This document shows positions 13,365 to 25,567 of a stretch of DNA of 64,000 nt, in pieces (position 1 is the first letter of the stretch; every line of letters starts with the position of its first letter). This DNA is from Podarcis erhardii. Taxonomy: Eukaryota. The position numbers were made by a program, and so were the translations under genes. Location of the stretch: assembly GCA_964252035.1 (NCBI GenBank), contig OZ176211.1. The stretch is one strand, 5' to 3'. A model generated the notes under the pieces. The model was not told the origin of the DNA. It saw only the letters and a list, made by a program, of their open reading frames with translations, and did not search any database.

Positions 13365-13698
13365 TTAAAACACAAGACTTGACTTTACCCCTGAGAAATT
13401 TCATCTTGCTCATTTTTGCCTAGCATTGCAGCCTGTCAATATCATTTTGAATCTTGATTCTGTCTCCTACAATGCTAGCTATATTTCCCAGTTTCTTGTC
13501 CACTAAAGATTTGATAAACATCCCCTCTACGTCCTCATCCAAGTCATTTATAAAAATGTTAAACAGCACAGGACATAGGGCAGAGCCCTGTGGCACTCTG
13601 CTCGCTTTTATTTTTTGGCTTTTGCCATTTGTTTCTTAACGTCTACAGCAGCTTCTGCATATGTTTTGTTTACTCCTATATATCCACATCCTGGAGAC

Positions 13699-13870
13699 AG
13701 GGTCACGGTTCAATGGCAGAGCACAAGCTTCGGCTGCAGAAAGCACCAGACTCAACCCCTGAGATTTAACTACAAATGTAACATGCCAGGCTGGGAATAA
13801 TAGCTTTTGCCCAAAACGCTGGAGAGCCACTGCCAGTCTAAGTAGCTGATATTGGTCCATACAGGCCAAT
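13699..13870 (+). mobile_element. Old Squam3-like tRNA/CORE SINE
   Basis: Decayed tRNA head (GGTTCAATGGCAGAGCA) followed by GCTGGAGAGCCACTGCCAGTC core, shared with the copies at 28245 and 39014. Confidence 0.5.
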
Positions 13871-16744
13871 TGTTAGATTCAATATATGACAGTTTCATAT
13901 GTATCTCATTTAAGAATGTGCCACAAAGTGTCTGAACATGACCATAAGGATGCACAGATTCAGAGATGAAATGAAACTTTGTAGATGTGCATAAAAGCAA
14001 ATGTTGATTCAAACCTTGTGCACAAACGGCCAAAAGTTCTCACTAAGGCCAACAAGTAGCACAGCTCTGGCTTCGGCTTACTGAAAACAGCATGTGCTAG
14101 TTTTGAAATAGCATGTGCTGGTTTTGAGCACGCTCACTTGAAGCCAATCATGGCGAACTTCAAGGTGGAGGAGGATAATGAGAGAATGAATTGGAATGTT
14201 GCCAGAATATTGCCTGGCCACCAGCCAGATTCAGACGACAGCTAGAAAAGCTCATGGATTGCAGTGGGCTCAGAGGGACTGTTAGGAGAGAAACTGTTCT
14301 ACAGGATCAGTGATCTGGTGCCCTACCCAATCCAACCTTGCAGCACAAGCAAAACGTGAGCACAGGAACAGGCACAAGGATGGCAGTTCAGAAGAAGCTG
14401 GGGGTGGCAACAGTCAACGCTGAACTGGTTGAGGGCAAGCACAGAAGGGTCCAAAACGTCCAGCCAGAGGTTGCCTCCAGTCCATCAGGTAACTATTTAG
14501 ATCTATCAGCCGGACTAAGCCAGGGGAATCCTGATTAAGTCAAGTCCTGCACAAGACTTTGGAAGGGACCTATATTTACTGAGAAGCTTTATGGAATCGA
14601 TCCTCAACATCAAGCAGCAAAAGGGACTGCAGTGAACAGCTGATGAGAGATGCTGCTTTGCTACCAGAATGTGCGCCCTGCAGTTGTTCATATGCCTAGT
14701 TGTTTTGCCTACATCCACAATGTAATATCAGAAAATATATCTCAAATCAATTTATTGAGCCACTTCTTTCAGCTTAACAGATTTTTTTAAAAAAATCATT
14801 TATAGTTCATTTATTGTACTTAGAAACGCACCCTGTTACATGGACATGACTGACAGCATCAGCTTTCAAGGGGTGTGATAAGGGTGGAAGGATGTGGAGG
14901 GGAATCAGCCAACCACAAAATATATTATCATCTCAGCCAGCCGTCCTCAAATGGCCATTTTTCACCTATAGAACAATAAAATGTTAATGAGCAGCTGGGT
15001 TTAAGTTTGAGAAACGAGGAGGCGGAAATGGAACGTAACAATGAGCTGTTGAACAGTTAAATGTTATCGGGGGGGGCACTCTTTTTAGAAACTAAAAGCA
15101 TCTAACAATAATGCACTACATTCCCAGGGAGTCTATCCTCGTTCAGGAGGAGTCCAAAGATGTATGAATAAAGCTGACAGCAATCTACGGGAAGAGGTTA
15201 ACCAATTGCTCTGAACCAAAATGCACAAGGAACCAGAAGGGATTCCCCTTGCCCCATGGGATCTATGCAACCTAGCCAAGAGCGTTCTGGCATGAACCAC
15301 CTATATTATATAGCCTATGATTTGGCACCAGTAAAATTACAAACAACATTATTATGATTATACCTGAGGAAGCACAGCAATCAGACAGCGGTGCTTTCTC
15401 TGCACAAAATATTAATCTCTGGCCACAGAGAAGCAGCTCAATGGACAGCACAATAAATCACACACTTGGTTTTTCTTTTGGTTTATTCTGTAGTAAAACC
15501 ACATTGTGCAGTTAAGCACAAATGCTTCATGCCTGACAATATTCCACTGATTTGTAGACAGAGAACCTGGCTCAAGAGTGCTGTAGGAATTCACAGATGT
15601 TATTTATGCTTTAATCCTTTTAATCCTTGTAAATGTGTTTATTTTTAGTAATCTCATTTGGAAAAGAGCACTAAGAATGTGCACTGAAGCTCCATTGAGA
15701 ACAATAAGAAAAAGCAAACCCTGGGACCAAATCCATTTCCAGCCTACTACGTTTCACAGTCCTTCTGCAATTATATTGAAAACTCTGAAGGATAACCACC
15801 AGGCTGCTTTAATTAAAACTGTAAATAAATTGCAGGTGATCCTGATAAACTACCAAAGGAGCTTCAGTGACACCAAAGTGTGCATTAAAGTCGGGAGATC
15901 AAGCTGAAAAATAACCTGCACGTCAAGCAGTCTGATCAATATAATAATTGCTTCAGGCTGGAACAAAATTACAATTCCTGGTTAAAGACAGATAAGTACT
16001 ACAGCAGGTGACATTGCTGCATATCGTGTCATGAAGCGAAGTCTACAAGACACCTCAGAATGCACTGTCAAAGCACTACAAGTATGGTAAACATCTGAAT
16101 TTATAAGAAAACGTACCGAAACACAAAATGCACAATAAAGACACCTGATCAATATAGCAATAGCTTCAGTTTGCATAGATTCATGGTACAGGAGAAGAGT
16201 AATTAGTATTGCATTTTGTACACGACAGCATTGCTATGGGTGCAATTGGTAAGCTATTAATTCAAAGAAGTTGGTATTAAACAAGTAGCTGCTGAGTACA
16301 TTACAAAAATAACTGTGGACGTATCTGCCTAGCAGCTATAAACCTCAGTTTACTACCTCATGCGTGTCACCTCCTGCATAACACACACCCTTCTTTCAGT
16401 TCCTTGCATTTTATATATCAAGATGCAAATGAGCTACTGAAAAGGATAAAGGGGAGGGGGCAATCATTTCTTAAAAGTAACTTTTCTTTCCCAGGTTTGA
16501 TCTCCTTTTGCCCAAACCTGATGACACACTAGCTTAAAATGATCAAATATAAATTTAAACACAATGCACATGAAACAGTAACATATTACGTACTGTAAAT
16601 TATAATCACTTGAAGTGAAAACGCTGGCAGGGAAACATCATACTGAATACTTGCACATGGCTGAATACTTGTACTATGTGTTCCAGCAACACCAGGGGAT
16701 GCAGACAGCTGCTTTTCAGTAGACAGTTCACGGTTGCAGTTTAC

Positions 16745-16833
16745 CTGTTTCTTTGTCCTGCACTTCTTCCAGGTGCAAGTCGTTCAGGAGGTGCTCCAAA
16801 ATCTTTTCTGGTGTCCCGGATACCACCACGTAT
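16745..16833 (-). CDS. RAPGEF5: RAPGEF5 coding exon, start of the REM domain ((R)YVVVSGTPEKILEHLLNDLHLEEVQDKET)
   Basis: Acceptor tttctgacag|A, donor ACAG|gtaaac. Phase 2 start matches the upstream exon. Peptide matches recalled RAPGEF5. Confidence 0.95.
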
Positions 16834-17036
16834 CTGTCAGAAAGCAGAGAGTCCACAGAGTCATCCTCTGTTGAGGACTGCGAGCGGCTGCTCCATTCAT
16901 CCTCCTCATCCTCCTCATCAATGTATTTAAAATAAGGCACATCAAACGTGGGCAGAGGCAGCTCCCTGCCTAGAGACAGAGCAGAATCCTTCCTCTCTAT
17001 GTGCGGGTCAAAGATCCTCAGCCTGGAACTTCCCAT
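16745..17036 (-). CDS. RAPGEF5: Alternative first coding exon of the short RAPGEF5 isoform (MGSSRLRIFDPHIERKDS...DEEDEEDEWSSRSQSSTEDDSVDSLLSDRYVVVSG...)
   Basis: ATG at 17036 in strong Kozak context (A at -3, G at +4). Open frame continues into the shared REM exon. Nearly identical to the recalled N-terminus of mammalian RAPGEF5. Confidence 0.92.
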
Positions 17037-17197
17037 ACTGCAGGGCAAAAACAACAAAGGTATTCCCCCTACATACTGCTCTGCCTTTCCCCTTCAGTTC
17101 TGCTGCCAGCGACCGAGTTCATCTGGCTGCTGAGGGGAGCTCTGCAGTCAGCTTGTGAGCACGGCTGTGTCTGAGCACCCAAGGAAAAAACTCTTAC

Positions 17198-17316
17198 CTC
17201 CAATCACTCTCGGCACTCCCTGATGTGGGGGCTGGGCTATGTGACGACACTTTCCTAAGCACCAGCACATCTTGGTCCAGTTCCTTCACTTGAATAGTAG
17301 TCACTTCATCATCCAG
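17198..17316 (-). CDS. RAPGEF5: RAPGEF5 long-isoform exon (LDDEVTTIQVKELDQDVLVLRKVSSHSPAPTSGSAESDW-R)
   Basis: Polypyrimidine tract then aag|CTG acceptor; donor GAG|gtaaga; 119 nt, phase 0 to phase 2, joining in frame to the exon at 16833. Confidence 0.9.
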
Positions 17317-20300
17317 CTTTAATTTGGAGAGGGGCACAAATGACAAAGAGAGAGAGAAATGAGTGAAATCTCCAGGGACTGACAAAAGGAAGGTGGGGGA
17401 AGCCTTGATTAGAGCTACATTTTCTCTCTCCCTCTCTCCCTCTCTCTCTCAGTGCCGCGGTTTGCAGCAGTCACTGCCCTTGATTTACATTCTGAAAATT
17501 CACAATGCACCAGAATTTTAGCAGAGCTCCCCTTTCCCAGAGGCACAGAGAGTGTATGTCTACGCTTTAACTGCAAAATACAATATTCAAGCCCATAAAT
17601 GAAGCGGGTGGTTAATAACAAGAAAGGAATTTTAGTATCTTTACCAGTTTCCAGTTTGTTTCAATGGGCTGCTGTTCACTGTTACTGAGCATTTCCGCTT
17701 AATACATGTTATGTTTTACTGATGTGGCCAACGACTAAACAAATAAAATTAAACTGCCAAGGCAGTTTACAGTCATAAAAAACATACTTTACAGCATTTC
17801 AACAAGGGTGTAGCTGCTTCAGAAACAAAATATACAGTATGATGAAGCCACTTTCATTCTTTGGGACAGACAATGAAGCCAATCATACACCCCCCACACA
17901 CACATGATATTGTTTCCTGCACTTAAAACTCACAACTTCAATAATTAACTTTTGGAAACAAAAACTTCTAAAGGATTTGGACAAGATGTGCAAACAGATG
18001 ACCATGATCCTATGCAAAGCTATATCTGGGTTTCACAGATGACCCTGATGACTTTTTCCACCCTAGGTCCTCTAAATGTGAAGATTTGAGCATGACTATT
18101 GCTGCATATAGATAGCATATATACATAAAGTGGGTGATGATACAGCGCCTTATAAGGCTTTGGTATTGACTGAATAGTCTATAAAGAAACATATTGATGG
18201 ATGAAAGGCTCCCATTAGTTCCTTCTGAGAGCTTCCGAGAAACCCCCCAGTGTAGCAAGAGGCTCAGCAAAAGCCATAGTCTAATTATATTTTAATTAAG
18301 TCCAATGTTAACAGTAATGTGGCTTACAGTGATACTGTTTAATATGCAGGAATATTATTTGTATGTCCTGAAAGAATACAAACATTGGATAGTTATCAAA
18401 CTGGCATTCTAAAATTAAAATGGCCCTTTGCAAGAGAAGATTTATGTTAGATGGGGAACATTACAATGCAATGTCATTTGATGGTTAACCTTTTTCTTCT
18501 CCATTATATCTTAATGGCATGAAGGAATTCAGAAACTAATGAATAGTAGAATCATGCTCTGTTAGACACTGGAGGAACCTGCACACACAAAAAATGGTCT
18601 TACCCCAAAGAGCTGTAAATTCAGGAATATCTTTTCTACTAATTTCTCTCTCCCTTACACACACACACACACGCACACACACACACACTGCAATTATTAG
18701 ATTTTTGCCATGTCAGACATACAGGTACTGAGGTAATTAACATACGGTATTTGTTGAAAAATTCCCTGGGGGCATTAGCAAGACATCATGTTGCAGGAAT
18801 ACTGAAGCATAATTGCACTTTCATTTCATGGTATATGCTTTTGTTGCCTACAATTTATAACACAGCCATAAAATAATGAGATAAGAGTAGACCATAACCT
18901 AAAAAGTATTGTGTTAAAAAGAAGTCCCAGCACACAGATTTCAATTCATTTTTTAAAGTATTCAGATGCTCATAGGCACTGTACTATATCTGCAAAAATA
19001 GGCTTTCAATAGCACTCCTCTCACATATAAGCTACTGCATCTCCAGTTAAAAACAAAAACTATGTAAATAATGAAGATCATTTAAACTGATGGTTAACTT
19101 CATTTTTCACTACTGGAACTTTATTCTATGCCATTTATTTCTCTACTCTTTAAAAACAAAGTAAATGAGTAAGGAATCCTGAGGTCTCTATTGTTTTATT
19201 TATCTCTATGCACCACTTTGTGAGGACTTGGTCCTGAAAAGCAACTAATAAATAATTAGAATAAACAAACAAACAGTCAATACTTGTTGGGATACAAACC
19301 ACCACATGCATACATAAAGGTTCTTCAGCGCCCACCTTTTGTCTTTTCAAAAGTCCACTAATAGTTGGGGTCCTCAGGTGGTATGACACAATTTTGTCAG
19401 AAGGAAAATACTGGCAACGCTCCCCTCCCAAGTTTTCCTGTGTGCAGACATAAGTGATTGGCACTTGCTTCCTTTTATCAGAAAAAAAAATCAAAATTTC
19501 TTCATGAGAGCCCCCATAAACAATGGCCACTTACCCAGTCTCTGAGTGGGCGGCAGTTGCGGCCCATCACAGCAGGCCTCAGCTCCACAGAGCAAAGGCT
19601 TCCCCATCATGTGGCTGGGAGTTGGGGAATTCGCCCGCCATGCACTGGGTTTTAAATTGGCCAATCAGGTGGCTAGAGGGCCAGGCTATGAAGGCTGGCT
19701 GCACCTGTCTTTTGGCAGTGGCCTCAGAGGGCCACCTAGGTAGACCCACATCTTGAGGAGGTCCTATAATCCCAGGCATGACACTGTTTAAGTGTTAGGC
19801 CCCCCCCCCGCAACTGGAGGCTGAGAATGAATATATACCCAATGCCTGAATCAAAGCCTACCTACAACTATAATCCATAAAAGTTGCGGACAATTTTAAA
19901 CCCCAGGATGTTGTCTTATGCAGTTTGGTACACCTTACATTGTCTAGTCCTTTGCTCCCTGGGGCGGGGGTCACTGCGAGTGGGTCCACAATTCAGCCAG
20001 AGTTCATGTTCAGGTCAATGGGAATGTTATGTGCATGAGTCAGCCAAAGTTAAGCACTAAGTGGGACTTAGAAGAGCATAACTTAGGCTGGATCACGTCC
20101 AGTATAAATGTTGATGCCCCTAAATGAAATGAACTAACCAAGACCCTTTACAGAGCAATTTAATTTGTGCAGGTCTCTTTTGATTAACTGGATATATGAC
20201 TCAGTTATCTTGAGCTTAAAGCATATTCAAGGATAAACTACAGCAGATACATGCTATTTATTCTGCTTACACTTGCCAGTTAGAATACTTTCCTCCCCTG

Positions 20301-23300
20301 TTATATAAAAGTATGCAGGACAGTTTCAGAGAAAATCTGACCCTGCCAATTTAAGTACCAGCAAGAACAAAAGAGAGATAAAAGACCAATTCAAATGACT
20401 GTGTTAACTAAATAAGGTATTCAAACTACACAAGTCTATACACTGACTTTCTGAATCATGAACAGTGACTTTAAAATACAAAAGGGAGCTCTTTGTAATA
20501 GGAGGCAGCGGAGTAAAATGTTTTTGGGTTTTTTTTAAAAGGCTGCAAGTTAAATCCATTAACAAAAGCAATACCTTTATTATAAGGCCATGCAGAGCAG
20601 GAAACTTGTTTTCACAGCTGCATCTGCTGAAACTGACACAGCAAAAGTAGATAGTGCTGATGCATCTAACGCTTGTCTACTCTTCCACATTCTCACAATC
20701 TGATGCTGGTACCAGGGCATGACCTTGAGTGATAAGGCAAAGGGTACATTGGGGGGACTAAACCAGCAGCTTTTGAAGGTACCAGTAGCACTGAGGGCTC
20801 TTTTCAAAAGGCAACATATTCAGAAGTCAGATGCTAGCGATCTTACATTTCTCTTCATACATGTGGAATTAAACCTCTCTCTCGCTGGTTTGTCATTCAA
20901 GCATAGTATTGGAAATGGTTTGAAAACTCTTTCATCCAACTCTGTACGCTGTGGTAACAATTGGGGAAAAAATTGGGGGGGGGTTTCTTTAAGGACATCT
21001 GCATATAGTTCTATGTCAAATCTTCAAAATGCAATGGTTTCCAATGGACAGTTTGCACATTTGGATGCAAGTAAGGTATTATGTAGGTGATATATATGCA
21101 TGAATTAGTCATCTGTAAGAAGTATTTGTAGCCTGTTCTGCAAACATATTAGAGTTTATGAAAGCTAAGAAGAATGAGTAGGAATAGTAGGCTAGAATGC
21201 CGCTTACTGCACCAGGGGAAAAGTCACATCAACTATTCCACCCATTTTTGCCTTTGGCCCTGCTCACCACCAGCATGCAGTCCCTGGAAGGTTTTCTACA
21301 AAGGAACGCAGCCCTCAAGCTGAAAAATATTCTCCACCCTTGAAGTACAGGCAACATAATGTGGGACATACCCAAGCAATATATGTATCTGTATTGTAAT
21401 AGAGAACATGAAGCCTCCTTTGTCCGGAGTTCTCTGAACCCCTTAAGTGTCCAGGTAGGCATTCTGGACATCCAAACCCACAGTGTCACCATTAAGGCCA
21501 TACTAGGAAGTCATGCAATAGATATATCGTATTTACTAATCTAGGTCAAACACATTTAAATCAATGGAACAATTCACAACTTACTTGTTTAATTTGAACA
21601 CTGCCCTTCATCCGAAGATCACAGGGTGGTTCACAACATAAAAACACAAAATTGGGTTGTACTCAGTGAAGTTGTCCTGTTGGTGAAATGACTTCCACTT
21701 GTGCAACAGAAGTTCCACTACACCTGCTCTCTACCGCACCCCCCCAAAAAAATCTGTGCTGGAGGGTCAGGGAAACTACCAGAACAGATTTGGGAGACAC
21801 CCAGGGAGAGGAGCGGGAAGAGAAGTCCCGCTGCACACACATAAGTCCTTGTACTGATGCAACACCTTTGTTGGCTACAACTCATTATCTTAAGGTGCTT
21901 CATTTTGCTTAATTCTAAAAGGGAAGTATCTGAGAAAGCTGTTGATAAAAAAATTCACTCAGTTGGTATTATATTTTTTTCTGTATTTCTTTTCTGCTTA
22001 TTTTGACCCTACAAAATTTTAAATGTGAATGCAAATAATTCAACAATTGTGGAAGGGCAGGTGCGTACAGAATGCAGACAATTTATATAGAGCATCTCTT
22101 CAAACAGCGCTCCCATCATTAGCATAGTATAAATTAACATCAGATGAAGCAGGCTCTAGCCTTAAAAAGTCACAATAAATTAAATTCTTTAAGATGCCAC
22201 AAAGCCCACCCATTTTTATGCTATTTTGCTGTTATAAATGCAGCTATTAAGATGGCACAAAACTCCCTCCCAATTTTGCTAAAATAAATGCAGCTATTTA
22301 GAATTTGCCATTTTGAAACGCGCTGAAGTAGAAGTTCATCTGTTTCATAAGGAAACGTACCTGTGTGCGTGTGCATGTGTGCAAGCTCGCGCCTGGCTTG
22401 ATCACAGAGGGCACCTTTGAGCACTTTAGCAAACCAGAAAGTCTACTCTAGTGTAGAAAGGGATGAAAAAGACTGCTGTGGCTTGTTGCTTATTCTTGCT
22501 ACATATTCTTGCTATGGTTTGTTGCTTTTTTCTTGGTATATTTAGTAACAAGAATTCCAACTTATTTATATGGTTAGTCGCTGGGCTAGGAAAGTTATAT
22601 CTGAACCAGGCTACTAAGTCTCCAGTGCTCTTCCTCCCAAGGAAACTAAACCATGTAGTGCAGCTTCTGAAATGTTATGTCACAAGTAGGAACATTCACA
22701 AAAGCACTCCTGATTAAATGCTTTCATGAGCAAGGCTTCGGGGAGTAGAGCCATACCCCTACTTGCTGTGAACAGGACCTCGACCTCCTCCTCCTTCTCC
22801 TTCTACTTCAGCTTCTTCTTCGTTGTCTTCTTCGTCTCCTCCTCCTCCCTTTCCCCAGGACCCCTCAAACCTATCCATGCACAAGGAGAAGGTGGCAATG
22901 GGCGTCTTCTCTTGCCATGGACAGGAACTATCCATAATTCCACTGGGGGGGGGGGGGGCCTTACACTCTGAATATCATTTCCACTACAGAAAAAACCCTC
23001 CATAGAGGCACAATAAGCACCCCCATCTCTGTTGCTGCCTTCCCCCATCCTGCCCGAAGTCATTAAATGCTAAGTTTAATGCTAAGGTTAAGTGAAATTG
23101 CTGTTCCATGACAGAGACATACACCTGTACAGTGAAAAGCCCTCATCCTACCTTTAGAAAATGCAGCCATCATGAAATATCAACATTTATCAAAATATGC
23201 CGAGACAAGAAAATCCTTTTTATCTGAAACAAATCAGAACTGCTCTGCTGTCAATATTTTCTTAAATACAAGATCAAGTGAAATAATGCATACACAAAGC

Positions 23301-23310
23301 ACTTCTTTTA

Positions 23311-23334
23311 AATAATAATAATAATAATAATAAT
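23311..23334. repeat. (AAT)n microsatellite
   Basis: Direct reading. Confidence 0.85.
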
Positions 23335-24348
23335 GCTGATGCTGTCATTTTGGCAGCAACTTTATTATAAAGACATAATTAGTAAAAATCCTTTCAAATG
23401 GAACAAGGGGTGGGGAGGCGGATACCCTCCATACTAATTTGCAAGTATACTAAAACTATACTATTTAAGAAGAAAATACATCCAGTGTTTCTCCCACTAC
23501 CTACTGCTGCAATGTACCTATTCAATCTGGGGTTGTAACTGAGGTAAGGTGGGCAAGGAAAATCCAAGAGGCAGGGAGGATGAATTCAGATTATTTTTAA
23601 AATTATTTTCCCAAACCAGTGGACAACAATTACCTGAAAGTAAAACAATGTTTAAGACACCTCAAGTTCACCTCTTTTCACATAAGACTATACAAAGAGG
23701 CTTTACTTAAGAAAGCGAAAGTAAGAGGAATCGAAACGATCCTTTTAGCAGCAATTTAAGTAGGCCGGAAATTCCCACACTTGCTCCAGCTATATCCGTT
23801 TATTGGTTTTATATGTAAACGCATACGCGTGTCATAAAACTAAAGCAGGATGGCTAAGGGCCTGAGATCCAACTCATGGCCCTTCCTATGACTAGGTGAC
23901 CACTTTCTCTCACGCTTGTTTTCCCTCCCATCTGCAAAACGGAGACAAAAACCGATTTACATTTTTTGCTTACTTCAACCTTACAGGGCCGTTGTAAAAA
24001 ATACAGTTAGATAATGCATACAAAGGGCTCTGAACACTCTAAAGTGTAAATAAAGCAATCCCAACACTGAATTACAAGCTTTTTTGTTGCTGGATGAAGA
24101 CCTTCCTATTTGCACAGGCAATTTTAAGATCGCCAATTATTTTGGGGATTCTGCATTTTTTCTTTCAGAATTTTTATGTTGTTGCATTTTAAACAGCATT
24201 TGTACGTTCTGTGAATTGCATTTTCTTCTCTCTTTTATACACCATCATTTGATGAAGGGCATCTAAGGAATGTTTCTAAAATAAACAAACAATTGTGCCT
24301 TGAGCACTTTCCCTCAAGGTGATAGGCAGTAAGCAGTTTTTGTGTCTA

Positions 24349-25180
24349 CCGTATTTTTCGCTCTATAGGACGCACTTTTTCCCCTTCAAAAATGAAGGGG
24401 AAATGTGTGTGCGTCCTATGGAGCGAAGATGCCATAGCCCCGCGACCCTCTCCCAGCTGGAGAGGTGACGCGCGGATATGGCATGAGCCTCTTTAGCTGC
24501 GCACCACCTCTCCAGCCGGGAGAGCGCGTGTGGGGCTAAAGAAGCCATAGCCCCGCGACCCTCTCCCAGCTGGAGAGGTGACGCGCGGATATGGCATGAG
24601 CCTCTTTAGCTGTGCGTCACCTCTCCAGCCGGGAGAGCGCGTGTGGGGCTAAAGAAGCCCCCCGCGACCCTCTCCTGGCTGGAGAGGTGACGCGTGGCTA
24701 TGGAAGGATCCTCTTTAGCTGCGCACCACCTCTCCAGCTGGGAGAGCGCGTGAGGGGCTAAAGAAGCCATAGCCCCGCGACCCTCTCCCAGCTGGAGAGG
24801 TGACGCGCGACTATGGCAGCAGCCTCTCCGCTGCGCCTTTCCGCTGCTCCCTGACCTGCTCTTTGGGGCTGGTGGTGGGCTTCCCCTGCCAGCCCCAAAG
24901 AGCAGGTCGAAAGGAACCTGAAGCCTAGAGAGTGAGAGGGGTCGGTGCACACCGACCCCTCTCGCTCTCCAGGCTTCCAAGATAGTCGCCTGAACGGCAC
25001 CTTGTTTTAGAGCGGGAAAACAAGAAGGGGAAAATTCTCCCCCTCTCTGCGCAGTGCCTCCTGCTGCTTTGCTGAAGGGGCGCTGGGCAGAGAGGGGGAG
25101 ATTTTTCCCCTTCTTGTTTTCCCGCTCTAAAACAAGGTGCGTCCTATTGTCCGGTGCGTCCTATGGTGCGAAAAATATGG
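24349..25180. mobile_element. Tc1/mariner (Tc2-like) non-autonomous element, 832 bp, with internal minisatellite and hairpin
   Basis: TIRs CCGTATTTTTCGC.CTATAGGACGCAC / GTGCGTCCTATGGTGCGAAAAATATGG, TA on both sides. Confidence 0.82.
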
Positions 25181-25330
25181 TATTTTTCTGTGACTATTGG
25201 AGAGTCGTTTCCACATCTTCTTGTGGCCTAATTATCAATGTTTGATAAAGGCTGATCAAAGGAAAGTCAGGTCCAAACTACACCAGGCATAGGGAGATCC
25301 CTGGCTAAGGCTGAATCTCATAGCCCCCCC

Positions 25331-25567
25331 CCCAGCCCCTGCAATTTAGGAACAGCTAAGTGCAAGTAGATAAATAGGAACCGCTCCGGTGGGAAGGTAA
25401 ATGGCGTTTCTGTGCGCTGCTCTGGTTCGCCAGAAGTGGCTTAGTCATGCTGGCCACATGACCCGGAAGCTGTATGCCGGCTCCCTCGGCCAATAAAGCG
25501 AGATAAGCACTCAACCCCAGAGTCGGCCAGGACTGGACCTAATGGTCAGGGGTCCCTTTACCGTTAC
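25331..25567 (+). mobile_element. 5'-truncated Sauria SINE
   Basis: AAGTGCAAGTAGATAAATAGG core and CCCTTTACC tail. Confidence 0.85.

Larger units (their letters stand above)
12567..13603 (-). mobile_element. Degenerate CR1 LINE 3' portion
   Basis: Minus strand shows decayed RT (PQGSALCPVLFNIFINDLDEDVEG...) and a CR1-type 3' UTR ending near CTATGATA. Confidence 0.8.

Noticed and set aside
1-16744. Search for the next RAPGEF5 exon (ETLLDDFLLTYTVF...)
   Set aside because: Not found by eye on the minus strand; it presumably lies beyond the left edge of the window.
17016-17036. N-myristoylation signal on the short isoform (MGSSRL)
   Set aside because: Gly2 is present but position 6 is Leu rather than the favoured Ser/Thr; not supportable.
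22786-22860. Charged low-complexity ORFs (EEEETKKTTKKKLK)
   Set aside because: Product of a (CTT/CCT)n pyrimidine tract; no splice or homology support.
1771-23640. Polypyrimidine-CAG|GTA junctions on the sense strand (1779, about 4695, about 15364, 23634), considered as recursive splice sites
   Set aside because: Several occur, at roughly the frequency expected by chance; they cannot be supported without nascent-RNA saw-tooth or junction data.
24431-24820. Regular repeats resembling a CRISPR array (also 48340-48430)
   Set aside because: No unique spacers, eukaryotic context, and the repeats are inside MITEs.
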